64,000 nucleotides of DNA from a virus. The notes under the pieces were generated by a model, which was not told the origin of the DNA, made no database searches, and was given only the letters and a program-made list of their open reading frames with translations. Of the stretch, positions 10,596 to 18,962 are shown piece after piece (the first letter of the stretch is position 1; every line of letters starts with the position of its first letter). The translations under genes were made by a program, and so were the position numbers. The DNA lies in the IMG/VR virus record IMGVR_UViG_3300042402_003740, positions 1 through 64,000 of that record. One strand, written 5' to 3'.

Positions 10596-10910
10596 ATGGA
10601 TTGCCTTGAAAAGGAAACTTTAGACTTTGATATTGTGCCGAACGATTCCTTCGGGTATGCTATCCGTATGAGAGGTAGTATATTCGAAGGAATCGAATAT
10701 CGGTACACTGTCTTCAAGTTTGAAGATAGACCTTTAGGTGGCAGACTCTATTTTGACTACGAGATAATCAAAAATCCAAATGGAGTCCCACTCACAGATG
10801 AGTTGAGAAACTTCGTATCGTTTATTTCTGAAAGACTTGTTCGTTCTGGATTAGTGAAAGTAGCAAATGAAGCGAATAGAAACAATAATCTTGGAAGGAC
10901 TTCTGTATAA
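10596..10910 (+). CDS. Hypothetical protein at the gp40 (head-vertex chaperone) position
   Basis: Lies between uvsX and gp41 as T4 gene 40 does; 'FEGIEYRY...LYFDYEII'. Confidence 0.5.
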   Translation: MDCLEKETLDFDIVPNDSFGYAIRMRGSIFEGIEYRYTVFKFEDRPLGGRLYFDYEIIKNPNGVPLTDELRNFVSFISERLVRSGLVKVANEANRNNNLGRTSV

Positions 10911-12273
10911 TGAAGAGTATGCCAGAAAGGTATTGCCCTTCATTGCAACAGACTATTTTCAAGACTCTAACGAAAAGATTGTCTTTGGTGCAATCTCCGA
11001 ATTCATCGGGAAATATTCAGCCCTGCCTACCAAAGAGGCAGTAGGAATTCTAGTCAAAGAAAGCAAGATCCTTACGGAAGAGCAGTTCAAGAAGTGCCGT
11101 GAGATCGTGGAGGCACTATCAGATGAAAAGCAAAATCAAGATTGGCTCGTCAACGAAACAGAAAAGTTCTGCAAAGACCGAAGCCTATACAACGCCGTCC
11201 TTGAATCAATTCATATCATCGAAGGTAAGTCCAAGAACAAAACTGCCGCTGCACTTCCTGATATCCTCTCAAAGGCACTTGCAGTATCCTTCGACACGCA
11301 CATCGGACACGATTACATCGAAGACTCCGATTCACGATACGATTTCTACCACAAGAAAGAGTCAAGAATCCCCTTCGACCTTGAATACTTCAACACCATT
11401 ACGAATGGTGGCGTCCCACAAAAGACGCTGAATATTATCCTTGCAGGAACTGGTGTTGGTAAGTCGTTGTTCATGTGCCACCATGCTGCAAACTGCCTGT
11501 CATTGGGCAAGAGTGTTCTGTATATCACCTGTGAGATGGCAGAGGAGCGTATTGCAGAGCGTATTGATGCGAATCTCATGGACACCAGTCTAGATGACCT
11601 GAAGTCCCTCCCAAAGGATGTCTATGACAAGAAGATGGATAGAATCCGACAGAAGACACAGGGTAAACTCATTGTCAAAGAGTATCCAACTGCATCGGCT
11701 AATGTTAATCACTTTCGTATCTTGCTTGAAGAACTGAAACTAAAAAAGCGATTCAAGCCCGATGTTATCTTTATCGACTATCTTAATATTTGTGCATCTG
11801 CTCGTATAAAGATGACAGGTTCTGTTGGTTCGTATTCGTATATCAAGTCTATTGCAGAGGAGTTGCGTGGCTTGGCTGTAGAGCAGAGTGTTCCTATATT
11901 CTCTGCAACACAGACGAACCGAACAGGCTTCACTAATACTGATGTTGGTCTTGAAGACACATCAGAATCGTTTGGTCTTCCTGCAACTGCTGATTTTATG
12001 TTTGCAATCATCGCTACTGAAGAGATGGATAAACTCAATCAGGTTCTTGTAAAGCAGTTGAAGAACCGCTACAACGATATTGCATCAAACAAGCGGTTTG
12101 TAGTCGGAATCAACCGAGCAAAAATGAAACTGTTTGATGTGGAGGAATCTGCACAGAAAGATTTGGTGGACACAACACCAGCACCTCAAGCAACAGTAAA
12201 GGCTTTCAAGCCTTCTGTTGGAAGAAAGCCCGAGTTTAATAAGGATTCAAAGTTCAAAGGTTGGAAAGTATAA
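10867..12273 (+). CDS. Replicative DNA helicase (gp41)
   Basis: AGTGVGKS Walker A, IDYLNIC, SATQTNR, ESFGLPATAD, KQLKNRY. Confidence 0.97.
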   Translation: MKRIETIILEGLLYNEEYARKVLPFIATDYFQDSNEKIVFGAISEFIGKYSALPTKEAVGILVKESKILTEEQFKKCREIVEALSDEKQNQDWLVNETEKFCKDRSLYNAVLESIHIIEGKSKNKTAAALPDILSKALAVSFDTHIGHDYIEDSDSRYDFYHKKESRIPFDLEYFNTITNGGVPQKTLNIILAGTGVGKSLFMCHHAANCLSLGKSVLYITCEMAEERIAERIDANLMDTSLDDLKSLPKDVYDKKMDRIRQKTQGKLIVKEYPTASANVNHFRILLEELKLKKRFKPDVIFIDYLNICASARIKMTGSVGSYSYIKSIAEELRGLAVEQSVPIFSATQTNRTGFTNTDVGLEDTSESFGLPATADFMFAIIATEEMDKLNQVLVKQLKNRYNDIASNKRFVVGINRAKMKLFDVEESAQKDLVDTTPAPQATVKAFKPSVGRKPEFNKDSKFKGWKV

Positions 12274-12283
12274 AGGAGGCAAT

Positions 12284-12436
12284 ATGCCAGAAGAGAAGAA
12301 AGAAGAGAAGAAGATTAAGAGCGTAATTATTGATGCAGAACTAAAGGAATGGGAAGATTGGGGAAACAAATGGTTTGGTCACGACCAACCAACAGATGAC
12401 CTGTATCACAAGGAAGATTTCAAGAAGAGGAAGTAA
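12284..12436 (+). CDS. Small hypothetical protein
   Basis: AAGGAGG SD before the ATG at 12284; abuts the primase start. Confidence 0.55.
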   Translation: MPEEKKEEKKIKSVIIDAELKEWEDWGNKWFGHDQPTDDLYHKEDFKKRK

Positions 12437-13450
12437 ATGTCAACCTATATCGACAAGAAATACATTGACCTTGTTAGTTCTCAACTCCGCAATTTCAAGT
12501 GGAAGAAGGCTACACTAGCAAATTGTTCTTGTCCAGTTTGTGGAGATTCAAGCAAGAATAAGCGTAAGGCACGGGGATTTTTCTTTCAGAAGAAGGGAGA
12601 CTTCTTCTATATGTGCCACAATTGTGGATTTTCCACTACGCTTTACAACTTCTTGTCTCAAGTTGCTCCATCCTATGCAAAGGAATATGCTCTAGAGCGT
12701 TGGAAGAACGGAGAGTCTGGTCATTCTAATTATCAAAAGCCAGATCTGTCTGTTCCTTCTCCAGTGTTTGTCAAACCTGGTGAGTTGCAGAAGATATCGG
12801 ATATGTCTTCAGATCATCCTGCTGTCCTCTTTTGTAAGAAGAGAAAGATTCCAAAGGAAAGATGGAACAGATTGTATTATACAGATGACTTTGCAAAGTA
12901 TGCAATGTCTCTAGATGAAACACTAGATTTGAAGAAGAAAGAGCCAAGAATCGTCATCCCATTTTTTGATATGGGTGGAAATACTATTGGTGCTCAGGGA
13001 AGACTCTTGGAGGTCAAGAGTGATAGAGATATCAGATACATGACAATCAAGGCAGACAAAGCCATTGATCGCTTGTGGTATGGTATAGGAGACTGCGATT
13101 CTTCAAAGCGTGTTTATGTTGTTGAAGGACCGATTGATTCTCTATTTTTACCTAATTGTGTGGCGATGGTTGGAGCATCGGGTGTAAATCTTCACCCAAA
13201 GATTGCATCTTCGGATGTTATTGTTGTATTGGATAATGAACCAAGAAATGCTGAAATAGTCTCTCTCATGGAAAGGTTTATTGAGAGTGGAGTATCGGTT
13301 TGCATTTGGAAAGAGGATATTCAAGAAAAAGACATAAACGACATGGTTCTTGCTGGTCGAACAGGAGATGAAATTACTCATCTTATTGATGAATGTGTCT
13401 GTCGTGGAATTGAGGCAAAACTAAAACTCAACTATTGGAAGAAGGTTTAG
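12437..13450 (+). CDS. DNA primase (gp61)
   Basis: CPVCGDS...CHNC zinc finger, VVEGPIDSLF TOPRIM motif, DNEPRN, KDINDM. Confidence 0.95.
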   Translation: MSTYIDKKYIDLVSSQLRNFKWKKATLANCSCPVCGDSSKNKRKARGFFFQKKGDFFYMCHNCGFSTTLYNFLSQVAPSYAKEYALERWKNGESGHSNYQKPDLSVPSPVFVKPGELQKISDMSSDHPAVLFCKKRKIPKERWNRLYYTDDFAKYAMSLDETLDLKKKEPRIVIPFFDMGGNTIGAQGRLLEVKSDRDIRYMTIKADKAIDRLWYGIGDCDSSKRVYVVEGPIDSLFLPNCVAMVGASGVNLHPKIASSDVIVVLDNEPRNAEIVSLMERFIESGVSVCIWKEDIQEKDINDMVLAGRTGDEITHLIDECVCRGIEAKLKLNYWKKV

Positions 13451-13454
13451 TCAC

Positions 13455-13652
13455 ATGAATGAAGAGGAAAAAGCCCGCCTAACTACAACTGCCATCATAG
13501 AGTTTGGATTCAAGTTTGCAGAATATGTGAAAGAGATGGATCCAGATCTTTGGAAAAGAGCGGTTGATTATGCAAAGGATTGGACTGAAGTGGATGGTGT
13601 TTCTTTTTACTATGTGAAGGACAAAGAAGATGAAGATAGAAGTTCTGAATGA
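13455..13652 (+). CDS. Hypothetical protein
   Basis: ORF filling the gap between primase and thyX. Confidence 0.55.
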   Translation: MNEEEKARLTTTAIIEFGFKFAEYVKEMDPDLWKRAVDYAKDWTEVDGVSFYYVKDKEDEDRSSE

Positions 13653-14295
13653 AGGTTTTGTTGAACTCGTAGACCATATGGGCGATGACCTTACGGTGGT
13701 CAATGCAGCCCGTGTCTCTTTCAACAAAGAAGCAAACGAGTTCACAGATCGTGATGAAAAATTGCTTCAGTATTTGGCAAAGCACAACCACTGGACTCCA
13801 TTTGCCCATCCGCAGATTACCCTGCGGATCAAGGCTCCTATTTCTATTCGTACACAGTTTTTCAAACACAAGCAAGGTTTCGTAGAGAATGAAATCTCAC
13901 GCAGATATGTTTCTTATGAGCCTGATATATACCATCCACGGTGGAGAACCAAACCCACAAATGGAGCGAAGCAAGGCTCTGAAACATTTATGGAATATGG
14001 GGATCAATGGAATTCTTGTAATATTCTATACAGTCTTGCTGTCGAGCAGTGTCTTTCTGCATACAATACACTCCTAGAGAAGGGTGTAGCACCCGAACAG
14101 GCACGGTTTGTCCTTCCACAGGGAGTCTACACCGAATGGTGGTGGACAGGCTCTCTGGCGGCTTATGCACGGTTCTATGGACAAAGAACCGATCCTCATG
14201 CCCAATGGGAAATACAAGAATATGCTAGGGTTATTGGCAATATCATTTCTAATATTTTCCCAAAATCTTGGATCGCACTAACCCAAACCAACTAA
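13630..14295 (+). CDS. thyX: Flavin-dependent thymidylate synthase
   Basis: VVNAARVSF, HWTPF, KH-x8-SRRY, PEQARFVLP, HAQWEI. Confidence 0.95.
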   Translation: MKIEVLNEGFVELVDHMGDDLTVVNAARVSFNKEANEFTDRDEKLLQYLAKHNHWTPFAHPQITLRIKAPISIRTQFFKHKQGFVENEISRRYVSYEPDIYHPRWRTKPTNGAKQGSETFMEYGDQWNSCNILYSLAVEQCLSAYNTLLEKGVAPEQARFVLPQGVYTEWWWTGSLAAYARFYGQRTDPHAQWEIQEYARVIGNIISNIFPKSWIALTQTN

Positions 14296-14372
14296 TCATT
14301 ATTATCTCGGAGTTGAATCCGAACAACAATTTGGACGATAGATATCTGTCCGCACATACATTGGAGTACTTT

Positions 14373-16298
14373 ATGTCAAAGAATTTACCTACGCTTTATC
14401 AAGATTTCATTCACCTCTCTCGCTATTCTCGTTGGCTTGAAAAGGAAGGAAGACGGGAACATTGGGATGAAACTGTGAAGCGTTATTTTAATTTCTTTGA
14501 AGAGCATCTACAAGAGAATCAGAAGCACAAGATTTCACCAGCAGTTCGTCAAGAACTGGAACAGGCTGTCCTCAACCTTGAGATCATGCCTTCCATGCGT
14601 GCTCTGATGACGGCAGGAGAGGCATTAAAGCGTGACAACACTGCTGGCTACAACTGTTCATATGTTGCCGTAAACCGTGTTCGTGCATTTGATGAGATTC
14701 TCTATATTCTCATGTGCGGAACAGGTGTAGGCTTTTCTGTGGAGCGTCAATATGTTGAAAAACTTCCTACAATCGCTGAAGCATTTACTGATTCGGATAC
14801 GACAATTATCGTACAGGATTCCAAGGCTGGTTGGGCTAAGGCTTACAAGGAACTTGTCTCCCTACTCATTGGAGGTCAGATACCAAAATGGGACTTATCT
14901 AAGGTACGACCTGCTGGGGCAAGACTTAAGACATTTGGCGGGAGAGCCTCTGGACCAAAGCCTCTTGAAGATCTTTTCCGATTCACCTGTGATACTTTTA
15001 AGAGAGCGGCAGGACGCAAACTTACATCAATCGAATGTCACGACATCGTATGCAAAATTGCAGAAATTGTCGTGGTCGGAGGAGTCCGTCGATCTGCTCT
15101 TATTAGCCTATCGAATCTCACAGATGAGCGGATGCGTGAGGCAAAGACAGGAGCATGGTGGGAAGCAAATCCACAACGGGCTTTAGCGAACAACTCTGTG
15201 GCTTACAAAGAGAAGCCCGAGATCGGCGTGTTCATGGACGAGTGGGTTTCTCTCTACAAGTCTAAGAGTGGAGAGCGTGGAATCTTCAATCGTTCAGCCG
15301 CACAGAAGACTGTGGCAAAGTTGGGAGATCGCCGTGACCCTTCGTATGAATTCGGAACCAATCCGTGCTCAGAGATTATTCTTCGTGACCGTGAGTTCTG
15401 CAATCTTACAGAAGTTATTGTTCGTGCAGACGACACCCCAGAGACTCTGAAGCGCAAGGTTCAACTTGCTGCTATTCTTGGCACATGGCAAGCCTCTCTA
15501 ACCTACTTCCCCTACCTTTCGAGTGATTGGGGAAAGAACTGCGAGGAAGAGGCACTGCTTGGTGTTTCTCTTACAGGAATTCTTGACAACAAGATGATGC
15601 GTACACAGGGAGAAGATCTCAATGCTCTTCTTGAGACGCTGAAGGCGGATGCAGTAGCAACAAACAAAGAGTGGGCAAAGAAAATCCACATCAATCCTGC
15701 TGCTGCTATCACTTGTGTAAAGCCCAGTGGAACGGTATCACAGTTGACAGATGCTGCATCTGGAATTCATCCTCGCCACAACGAGTACTACATCCGCACC
15801 GTTCGTGCGGATCGTAAAGATCCGCTGTGTCAGATGATGATTGATCTTGGCTTCCCTGTGGAGCCTTGTGTGATGAAGCCTGATAGCGTTATGGTGTTCT
15901 CTTTCCCAATGAAAGCAGAGGGTTCGATCACACGAAACGATATCTCTGCAATTGAGCACCTTGAATTGTGGTTGGCCTATCAGCGTTATTGGTGTGAACA
16001 CAAGCCTTCGATTACAATCACTGTGCGAGAGCATGAGTGGGTGGATGTTGGAGCATGGGTGTATAGGCACTTTGATGAAATCAGTGGAATCTCTTTCCTT
16101 CCGCATTCGGACCACTCCTATCGTCAGGCTCCCTATCAGGATTGCACCAAGACTGCATATACTGCTTTGGCTGTAGAAATGCCTAAAAATGTAGATTGGT
16201 CGCTTTTAGAAAAGTATGAAAAAGAAGACAAGACTACAGGAACACAGACCTTTGCTTGCAGCGGAGATAAGTGCGAGATTGTAGATCTAACCTCTTGA
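14373..16298 (+). CDS. nrdJ: Class II (adenosylcobalamin-dependent) ribonucleotide reductase
   Basis: PSMRAL, YNC, GTGVGF, TNPCSEI, CVKPSGT, C-terminal CSGDKC. No beta-subunit gene adjacent. GGAG SD favours the start at 14373. Confidence 0.9.
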   Translation: MSKNLPTLYQDFIHLSRYSRWLEKEGRREHWDETVKRYFNFFEEHLQENQKHKISPAVRQELEQAVLNLEIMPSMRALMTAGEALKRDNTAGYNCSYVAVNRVRAFDEILYILMCGTGVGFSVERQYVEKLPTIAEAFTDSDTTIIVQDSKAGWAKAYKELVSLLIGGQIPKWDLSKVRPAGARLKTFGGRASGPKPLEDLFRFTCDTFKRAAGRKLTSIECHDIVCKIAEIVVVGGVRRSALISLSNLTDERMREAKTGAWWEANPQRALANNSVAYKEKPEIGVFMDEWVSLYKSKSGERGIFNRSAAQKTVAKLGDRRDPSYEFGTNPCSEIILRDREFCNLTEVIVRADDTPETLKRKVQLAAILGTWQASLTYFPYLSSDWGKNCEEEALLGVSLTGILDNKMMRTQGEDLNALLETLKADAVATNKEWAKKIHINPAAAITCVKPSGTVSQLTDAASGIHPRHNEYYIRTVRADRKDPLCQMMIDLGFPVEPCVMKPDSVMVFSFPMKAEGSITRNDISAIEHLELWLAYQRYWCEHKPSITITVREHEWVDVGAWVYRHFDEISGISFLPHSDHSYRQAPYQDCTKTAYTALAVEMPKNVDWSLLEKYEKEDKTTGTQTFACSGDKCEIVDLTS

Positions 16299-16322
16299 CA
16301 GGCTAAATAGACTTGTTAGTAT
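16295..16322 (+). promoter_or_regulatory. Overlapping sigma70-like (TTGACA-N16-TAGTAT) and late-type (CTAAATA) promoters upstream of the PEP-CTERM-like gene
   Basis: Sequence ttgacaggctaaatagacttgttagtat. Confidence 0.5.
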
Positions 16323-16395
16323 ATGTCCATAACGATCTCCGCAGACTCTCTTCAATGGTGAAGGATAAAGCGGGGACAAAATAAAGGAGAGTGTA

Positions 16396-17067
16396 TTGAT
16401 GAATAAGTGCTTAATGTCGGGAATTGTAGCAGCCGTGTCGTGTGGCTCAGTAGCAAATGCAGAGTTCATAGTAGTCAACAATCCAGTTGTTGACACGGTT
16501 GGCTTCTACTCTGATGCATATAAGTCAAGTGGCTCATACACTTATGCACAAAGTGGAGCGCAAGGTTTTGATCTTGAGGATTCATACACAACTTCTTCAT
16601 TGAAGTGGTGGGGTTCATCCAACGGATTCAATGGTCAAGGTATTGGAAACATTACTGGATTCCAAGTTATTGTGTGGAGTTCAGACTTTAGTTCGCCAGT
16701 TAGTTCAACCAATATCAACATCAGCAACATTTCTGTTGTCGATACAGGCGAATTCAACTTCTTTGGTGAACCAGTTTATGAATTTTATGTACCATTTGTG
16801 ACTCAACTCGCCGCTGGTTCATATTACATGAATATTGGTGCTTACCTCAATGACTCTGCTGGCGATCAATTTGTTTGGTCACAAGGTCAGAATGTTCAAG
16901 ACTTCTGGTATACTGATGATAATGGACAGTATAATTGGGGAGATTGGCGACAACTTCCTACATTCATTGGCAACACAGCGGGTGGAGCATTTGTTCTCTC
17001 TGCTCCTACTCCTGGAGCAATTGCTCTTCTTGGTATGGCGGGTCTGATGAGTCGCCGCCGTCGTTAA
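16396..17067 (+). CDS. Secreted PEP-CTERM-like (exosortase-target) surface protein, Planctomycete/Phycisphaerae style
   Basis: N-terminal signal peptide ending ANA; C-terminus APTPG + hydrophobic helix + RRRR. SD spacing suggests ATG 16399 may be the true start. Confidence 0.85.
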   Translation: MMNKCLMSGIVAAVSCGSVANAEFIVVNNPVVDTVGFYSDAYKSSGSYTYAQSGAQGFDLEDSYTTSSLKWWGSSNGFNGQGIGNITGFQVIVWSSDFSSPVSSTNINISNISVVDTGEFNFFGEPVYEFYVPFVTQLAAGSYYMNIGAYLNDSAGDQFVWSQGQNVQDFWYTDDNGQYNWGDWRQLPTFIGNTAGGAFVLSAPTPGAIALLGMAGLMSRRRR

Positions 17068-17097
17068 TTTTACTAAAATAGTTTGATGAATTTGATG

Positions 17098-17128
17098 AAA
17101 CACCCCTGAGTAGTTTGGGGGTGTTTTT
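17098..17128 (+). terminator. Rho-independent terminator
   Basis: aaacacccc/ggggtgttt stem followed by a T run. Confidence 0.8.
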
Positions 17129-17156
17129 CTATACATAAAGATAAGGAGGTTCTAAT

Positions 17157-17282
17157 ATGGAACTATTATTTTCATCAACTCTTGGCACTATTTTCTACAC
17201 TATTGTTGTATTTACAGCAGGGGCACTAATCGGTGTTCCACTTTGGAATTGGTTAAATAAGAAATTACCTTGGAACAACTGA
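17157..17282 (+). CDS. 41-aa single-pass membrane peptide (not in the ORF track)
   Basis: TATACATA box at 17130, AGGAGG SD; MELLFSSTLGTIFYTIVVFTAGALIGVPLWNWLNKKLPWNN. Confidence 0.7.
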   Translation: MELLFSSTLGTIFYTIVVFTAGALIGVPLWNWLNKKLPWNN

Positions 17283-17304
17283 TAAGACAACAAAATAAAT
17301 AATA

Positions 17305-17329
17305 AGAAAGCCCCCTTGTGGGGCTTTCT
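17305..17329. terminator. Hairpin/terminator
   Basis: agaaagcccc-cttgt-ggggctttct perfect 10-bp stem. Confidence 0.65.
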
Positions 17330-17343
17330 GCATAAATAAAGGT

Positions 17344-17913
17344 ATGAGAGTAGTTGGTATTGATTACAGTATCCGATGTCCTGCTGTGTGCATCTTTGAG
17401 ACAAATGAAGCACAGCCTGTCTGGTATCACGAAAATTGCCAGATACACTTTCTCACCGAGAAGAAAAAGCACTGCTACCGGATCACTCCAAATGTGACAG
17501 GACACTATATGCCCCTGTATCGTGAACAGGATGATATAGACCGATTCAACAAGATATCTGATTGGGCATTAGGTTTGCTCAAAGAGGGAGATACCATAGG
17601 GATAGAAGACTATGCATTTTCTGCACAAGGAATGGTATATAAGATCGGTGAGAATACTGGTTTGCTCAAATATAAGATGTGGAATTATGGTTATAATTTT
17701 GAACTCGTATCCAACAGTAAGCCAAAGAAACTAGCCACAGGAAAGGGCAATGCAGACAAGCAGGGAGTCTGGGAGGCGTTTGTAGCCGAGACAGGGTGGA
17801 ATATTGACCACCATATCAAACAACGCTCACGAAAAATAACAAGTCCGCTATCGGATATAGCGGACTCGTATTGGATTTGCAAATGGCTATTTGAGAAGAA
17901 ATCTATTTCTTAG
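17344..17913 (+). CDS. RuvC-like (RNase H fold) nuclease/resolvase
   Basis: VVGIDYS, IEDY, ATGKGNADK, DIADSYWI; CATAAATA late box directly upstream. Confidence 0.75.
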   Translation: MRVVGIDYSIRCPAVCIFETNEAQPVWYHENCQIHFLTEKKKHCYRITPNVTGHYMPLYREQDDIDRFNKISDWALGLLKEGDTIGIEDYAFSAQGMVYKIGENTGLLKYKMWNYGYNFELVSNSKPKKLATGKGNADKQGVWEAFVAETGWNIDHHIKQRSRKITSPLSDIADSYWICKWLFEKKSIS

Positions 17914-18514
17914 TCTTTTGTTTCTCCGAAAATTTCTTCTTTGCCACTACTTTGTCATCATCAACAAATCCATCACCATTCTGGTCTTCAGGTTGCTTCC
18001 GACCTTGAAGGTAGTACCAGGCAAGCCCTACAACAACTAGTGAATAGAATAGCACAGCATACCAATTAATTTTGGTAATAGAAATCTCCGTGCCTATTGG
18101 TAGAGTGACTTCAGAACCAGCCTCTAGAACAACAGCAACAGAATCCGAAGTCTGCAAATAAGTATTTCCTGGTAGTATGACCTCTGTGCTCTTTGGTAGG
18201 ATAATCTCTTGTGGTTTGACTGTATCCAATTGCTTTGGTGAAAGATCAGCCACTTCAGAATTTGCTGGTTGTGGTTTGATAAAAGCAACTGTATCTTCTT
18301 CAAGAAGAACAGTTGTCTTTTCATCTGGATCAGTCTTTACCCAAGATCCCTTTGCAATTTCGGACTTTGTATCTTTAGGTACAACCGTAACTGTGGGTTT
18401 GTTTAGGGTATCTGGACTCTTTTCCATTGTTGGAACACTTTGAAAAAGAGAAGCCTTGCACGAAGCAAGAAAAAACAAGAGAGAAACACCTAATACTATA
18501 GCAAATGATTTCAT
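17903..18514 (-). CDS. Lipoprotein with a C-terminal transmembrane helix; unimolecular-spanin-like
   Basis: SD-supported start at 18514; lipobox LASC (Cys19); beta-rich repeats; TM WYAVLFYSLVVVGLAWYYL; basic tail. Confidence 0.6.
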   Translation of the reverse strand: MKSFAIVLGVSLLFFLASCKASLFQSVPTMEKSPDTLNKPTVTVVPKDTKSEIAKGSWVKTDPDEKTTVLLEEDTVAFIKPQPANSEVADLSPKQLDTVKPQEIILPKSTEVILPGNTYLQTSDSVAVVLEAGSEVTLPIGTEISITKINWYAVLFYSLVVVGLAWYYLQGRKQPEDQNGDGFVDDDKVVAKKKFSEKQKTKK

Positions 18515-18524
18515 ATAGAACTCC

Positions 18525-18962
18525 TTATGATTTATTTCCTGCGGCGGCTGAACCAAAGTAGAAACCGATAATACTCAATAGAATTTGTCTGTTTTCTTGT
18601 GTGAACAGGTATCCATTAACTGTTTGGAATGCCACCTCTGTTGATTCTGGAATCAGACCAAACACCCATTCGGGATTTGTCTTTTCTACTTCTACAACCG
18701 TTGGTATGCCAAAGAATGGCAAGACAAAAGGTGCTGCAATAGTCCCAAACAGAACCATCAGCACTATGAGTTGTCTGACAGTTTTTCCTGCATCAACAGG
18801 TACTCGCTTTACGGCAGCATTTTGATTGTCATTTGTTCGCTTATTAGCAGTCAACAGACGATCAAACGCTTCTTTTTCGGCCTGACGCTTCTCAGCCATG
18901 TGACGGAAGATAAATCCCGTCGCACTTCCACCAATGAGTGTTATCAGTTCGGTTGGTATCAT
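18525..18962 (-). CDS. Holin-like multi-TM membrane protein
   Basis: N-terminal hydrophobic stretch, coiled linker, central TM, and C-terminal 'LLSIIGFYFGS' typical of 3TM holins. Confidence 0.6.
   Translation of the reverse strand: MIPTELITLIGGSATGFIFRHMAEKRQAEKEAFDRLLTANKRTNDNQNAAVKRVPVDAGKTVRQLIVLMVLFGTIAAPFVLPFFGIPTVVEVEKTNPEWVFGLIPESTEVAFQTVNGYLFTQENRQILLSIIGFYFGSAAAGNKS

Noticed and set aside
14268-14372. N-terminal extension of NrdJ
   Set aside because: It overlaps thyX, and the SD and late box point to ATG 14373.
6429-16298. Inteins or introns in gp43, gp41, primase or NrdJ
   Set aside because: Lengths are typical, motifs are contiguous, and there are no C...HN(C/S/T) intein ends.
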